Part shown: one piece after another, positions 47,254 through 50,408 of the stretch | How the letters are laid out: every line of letters begins with the position of its first letter | How positions within the stretch are numbered: position 1 is the stretch's first letter | The notes under the pieces: model-generated | Seen by the model: the letters and a program-made list of their open reading frames with translations, nothing else | Database searches by the model: none | What the model was told of the DNA's origin: nothing | Translations under genes and position numbers: made by a program | Source of the DNA: a bacterium | GTDB taxonomy: Bacteria; Ratteibacteria; UBA8468; B48-G9; DTJG01 | Reading direction: 5' to 3' | Assembly (NCBI GenBank): GCA_035392545.1 | Contig: DAONMJ010000002.1 | Location: 1-50,408 of the forward strand | Length of the DNA stretch: 50,408 nt

Positions 47254-48302
47254 GAAAGAAAAGAATTGTAAAAGTGGGAAATATTTTTATTGGTGGGGAT
47301 TATCCGGTGAGTGTTCAGACAATGACAAAGGTTCGTACATCTGATATTTCCAGTGTTGTCAGACAGATAAAAAAAATTGAACAAACTGGTGTTGACATAG
47401 TACGGCTTTCTGTGCTGGATAAAAAAGATGCAGAATCAATTTTTTTTATTAAGGAAAAAACAAAATTGCCATTAGTAGCAGATATTCACTACGACTGGAA
47501 ACTTGCCGTTGATGCCATGGAGTCAGGTGCAGACAAAATAAGAATCAATCCGTCAAATACACAGAAGAGTGGAGTGGTTAAAGTTATAAAAGAAGCAAAG
47601 AAAAAAGGAATTCCCATTAGACTTGGATTGAACTCAGGATCTATTAAAATTACAGGAAGGGGACTGGTGAAGGATATTGTTTGTGCGGCATCCGATGCCG
47701 TTAAACTGTGTCAGGATCATGATTTTTTTGATATTGTGATTTCCTTAAAAACCCCTGATGTTGTTGCGACGATAGAATCCTATCGCGCTATTGACGAGAT
47801 GTTTGATTACCCTTTACATCTTGGAGTTACTGAGGCGGGCTGGGGTGATGCAGGACTGGTGAAAAACGCACTCGGCATAGGTGTTCTTCTGTCAGAGGGC
47901 ATTGGCAATACAATCAGAGTTTCCTTGACGGACTCGCCAGACAAAGAAGTGAAGGCAGGTCAGGCGATTTTACAGGCACTCAAGATACGAAAATTTTTCC
48001 CGGAAATCATATCATGTCCTACATGTGGCAGGTGTCAGGTGCCTCTTAAAAAAATTCTTTTAACATTTAGCAACAGGATTATAAAAATGGTAAAAATGTA
48101 TCCGGAATTGAGAAATTTCACAATCGCGATTATGGGATGCAGTGTTAATGGTCCTGGAGAGGCAAAGCAGGCAGACATTGGTATTGCTGGCGGCAAGGAT
48201 AGATTTGCAATGTTTGCCAGAGGTAGTATAATTGGTACATATTTTACAGAAAAAATTGAAGAAGAATTTTTCAATAAATTAAAGGAGATGCTCCATGGTT
48301 AA
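47250..48302 (+). CDS. ispG: 4-hydroxy-3-methylbut-2-enyl diphosphate synthase
   Basis: 350 aa. PVSVQTMT, RINPSN, and Fe-S cysteines in CPTCGRC and GCSVNGPGE. Confidence 0.95.
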   Translation: MRKKRIVKVGNIFIGGDYPVSVQTMTKVRTSDISSVVRQIKKIEQTGVDIVRLSVLDKKDAESIFFIKEKTKLPLVADIHYDWKLAVDAMESGADKIRINPSNTQKSGVVKVIKEAKKKGIPIRLGLNSGSIKITGRGLVKDIVCAASDAVKLCQDHDFFDIVISLKTPDVVATIESYRAIDEMFDYPLHLGVTEAGWGDAGLVKNALGIGVLLSEGIGNTIRVSLTDSPDKEVKAGQAILQALKIRKFFPEIISCPTCGRCQVPLKKILLTFSNRIIKMVKMYPELRNFTIAIMGCSVNGPGEAKQADIGIAGGKDRFAMFARGSIIGTYFTEKIEEEFFNKLKEMLHG

Positions 48303-49674
48303 AATGGGATTTGGGTGTAGAAAGGTGACTCCACCGGTCGGAAGCGGTCTGCTTGGATATTTTCAAACAAGGATTTCGAAAGGTGTTAATGATGACCTTT
48401 ATGCAAGGAGTATCTGTTTTGATGGAGGAGAAAAACCAGTTTTTGTAGTATCTGCAGATTTTTGCTGGGTGGAAGCATCTGTTGTTGAAAAAGTTAAAAT
48501 GTTAATTTCAGAACGTCTTGGAATAGAAGAACCAGATGTTGCAATTCATGGGACACATACGCACACAGGGCCTATTACAGGTTGGAACAAGCAACTTATT
48601 TTCGGAGAGAACATACCTGTTGATGAAAAATATATTGAACAATTGCCAGTAATGATATGCAATGCGATTGAAGATTCGTACAAATTTCGGAAAGATGTTC
48701 TTGTTGGTTTTGGTTGCGTGGAGGTGGAAGGAATTTCCTTTATCAGAAGATACAGGATGAAAAATGGCACTGTTATCACAAATCCTGTTGATAGGTCCCA
48801 GATTGTCGAACCCTCAGGAGAAATTGATAAGACATTAAACATTATGAAGGTGACAGATGATAATAATAACCTGGTGGGCATTTCTATCAACTTTGCATTA
48901 CATCCTGATACAGTTGGTGGAGATTTAATTTCAGGAGACTGGCCGGGTATGCTTGCTGAAAGATGTTCAAAATACTTTGGTTGTGAAGCAGTATTTTTCA
49001 ATGGGGCAGCAGGAGATATCAATCACATCAACCCTTATGACAGTGCAACCCGCACACCAGAGATTACAGAAAAAATTGTCCAGACGCTTTTTGAAAACAT
49101 AAAAATTATTGTGCAACAGATTGAGTGTGTTCCCATTGAAAAACTTGCATTTTCACGGGATATTTTCAAAATGCCGAAAAGGAAAATTACAGAACAACAG
49201 ATCGAACAGGCGAAACAATGGATTCAGAAGTATCCAACAACCAATCTTAGAGCAATTGTTGGCAGGGCTATTCTCAAAAGAGCAGAAATAAGTTCTGATT
49301 TCGTGAATAACGATGTTTTACTTTTATCTGTTGATAGAAAAATGTGTGCGTTTTTTATGGCAGGAGAGCTTTTTTCAAGCATTGGTTTGAAGATTAAGGA
49401 TATGATGGATTTTGATTTTAAGTGGGTTGTTGAAAACTGCAATGGGGTTGTGGGATATATTCCTGATGAAAGAGCTTTTAAGGCAGCAGAAGAAAATAAA
49501 AAAATAAAAGGTGAAGAATTTCCGGATGTTGATGTGTGTGAGTCCATTGGTATGGAAGCAAGTTACGAAACCAGCCCGATTTCATGCAGGTTGGCTCCTG
49601 ATGTAGAAAAGGCAATTCTTTCGCAATTTCAACAATTACTGGAAAGACATAACAAACTGATTGCACGGCAGTAA
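48295..49674 (+). CDS. Neutral/alkaline ceramidase-family (N-terminal domain type) hydrolase of unknown substrate
   Basis: 459 aa. GLLGYFQTRISKGVNDDLYARSICF and HGTHTHTGP match, by eye, the GY...G.H..L.AR and THTHsGP zinc-site blocks of the ceramidase_alk family. No signal peptide is seen. Confidence 0.5.
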   Translation: MVKMGFGCRKVTPPVGSGLLGYFQTRISKGVNDDLYARSICFDGGEKPVFVVSADFCWVEASVVEKVKMLISERLGIEEPDVAIHGTHTHTGPITGWNKQLIFGENIPVDEKYIEQLPVMICNAIEDSYKFRKDVLVGFGCVEVEGISFIRRYRMKNGTVITNPVDRSQIVEPSGEIDKTLNIMKVTDDNNNLVGISINFALHPDTVGGDLISGDWPGMLAERCSKYFGCEAVFFNGAAGDINHINPYDSATRTPEITEKIVQTLFENIKIIVQQIECVPIEKLAFSRDIFKMPKRKITEQQIEQAKQWIQKYPTTNLRAIVGRAILKRAEISSDFVNNDVLLLSVDRKMCAFFMAGELFSSIGLKIKDMMDFDFKWVVENCNGVVGYIPDERAFKAAEENKKIKGEEFPDVDVCESIGMEASYETSPISCRLAPDVEKAILSQFQQLLERHNKLIARQ

Positions 49675-49675
49675 T

Positions 49676-50350
49676 TTACTTGCATTCAACCTCAAGGACT
49701 TCAGTAATTGATTTCAGGTCTTCAAGTACGCTGATGATATTTCTTTTACCTCTTGATCTGCACTGAACTTCCACAGCTGAAATGTTTTCTTGTTTTTGAA
49801 ACAAAATGGAATATTCAAGAATTTGATAGCCCTTTTTTGTGAGTATTGATAATATCTGATCAATGATGTTTGAAGTTTCCCCAGAAAATCTTATTTTAAT
49901 TCTGTTATAAGCATCATGGGGAATTCTGGATTCCACGCCTTTGAGGGTGAGCAGGGTTATCAAGACGAGAATTGTCGTTCCGATGCCGAGGAAATAATAA
50001 CCGCATCCCACAGCAAGTCCCATGGCACTTACAACCCACAGACACGACGCAGTGGTAATACCTCTGACCTTTCCCATGTCTCTGATAATAGTCCCGGCAC
50101 CGATAAATCCAATGCCTGTAAGGACACCATATGCAATTCTTGCAGGGTCAACTCTCAAAAATGGAGATTCGGCAGAAAGAAAAAGTTCGGATATTCGTAA
50201 TGATACTACCATTGCAAGACAACAACCCATGCCAACCAGTATGAGAGTACGAAATCCTGCAGCACGGGCATGTCTTTCCCTTTCCCATCCTATGATCCCG
50301 CTAAGGATTCCAGTAATAAATATTCTGAGTAACCAATCCCATTCGGTCAT
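49676..50350 (-). CDS. mgtC: MgtC/SapB-family membrane protein
   Basis: 224 aa. LRIFITGILSGIIGWERERHARAAGFRT, four to five TM segments and an ACT-like soluble C-terminal domain. Confidence 0.85.
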   Translation of the reverse strand: MTEWDWLLRIFITGILSGIIGWERERHARAAGFRTLILVGMGCCLAMVVSLRISELFLSAESPFLRVDPARIAYGVLTGIGFIGAGTIIRDMGKVRGITTASCLWVVSAMGLAVGCGYYFLGIGTTILVLITLLTLKGVESRIPHDAYNRIKIRFSGETSNIIDQILSILTKKGYQILEYSILFQKQENISAVEVQCRSRGKRNIISVLEDLKSITEVLEVECK

Positions 50351-50356
50351 ATCTGT

Positions 50357-50384
50357 ATTCTATTATTTTTTTCTGAAATGTCAA
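50357..50384 (-). promoter_or_regulatory. Candidate mgtC promoter: TTGACA (50384-50379), 16 nt spacer, TAGAAT (50362-50357)
   Basis: Minus-strand reading: TTGACAtttcagaaaaaaataaTAGAATacagatATG. The -10 ends 6 nt before the ATG, with no Shine-Dalgarno. Confidence 0.5.
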
Positions 50385-50408
50385 AAAGAATAGTTTGTAA
50401 AATTATAT

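Noticed and set aside
1-50408. Search for CRISPR repeats, IS/transposase or integrase genes, tRNA-flanked islands, toxin-antitoxin pairs, restriction-modification or other defence cassettes, and compositional islands
   Set aside because: None was found. Every ORF over 100 aa that is not a shadow ORF has a housekeeping or Pho-regulon assignment. The only compositional outlier is the 5S rRNA gene. I saw no direct or inverted repeat arrays longer than the 22-bp dyad.

Overview
This window is AT-rich, almost fully coding chromosomal core DNA from a diderm bacterium (KDO and Lpt genes, an outer-membrane porin). I count 49 protein genes, one of them cut by the window edge, plus one 5S rRNA gene. 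Genes sit in long same-strand arrays with many 4-nt ATGA-type start/stop overlaps. Minus strand at the left edge: rbfA-argS-pilB/gspE-like. Plus strand 2953-28101: ftsK, rodZ-like, rimO, then a roughly 21 kb uninterrupted array. That array is nusA-infB-HIT-kdsA-kdsD-kdsC-lptC-like-spoIID-hpf-ptsN-ptsI-PGI/PMI-metK-ahcY-coaE-rho-guaB3-like-dnaE-mtnA. Minus strand 28244-38054 holds a complete Pho block: phoU-pstBACS-phosphate porin, phoR-phoB, a PAS/HD-GYP protein and an HTH+receiver protein. Plus strand 38201-49674: EF-G2-like, bifunctional nuclease, yebC, ruvCAB, lptB, uppS, dxr, rseP, ispG and a ceramidase-family protein. It converges on mgtC. I found no mobile element, CRISPR array, toxin-antitoxin pair, defence island or other accessory cassette. 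I cannot honestly name a novel multi-gene system here. The items worth a second look are mostly regulatory or architectural. (1) An orphan 5S rRNA gene with its own consensus promoter, whose predicted start matches the mature 5' end. (2) A repeated geometry at five transcription-unit heads: a -10 box 6-8 nt upstream of an ATG with no Shine-Dalgarno, suggesting leaderless mRNAs, including a 22-codon uORF ahead of nusA. (3) A perfect 8+6+8 palindrome over the -10 of the EF-G2/ruv operon. (4) A TTAACA-5-TTAACA Pho-box candidate. (5) c-di-GMP and atypical response-regulator genes attached to phoBR. (6) The conserved kdsD-kdsC-lptCAB-rpoN-hpf-ptsN locus with its central part missing. All calls rest on reading the translations and motifs by eye; no database search was run.
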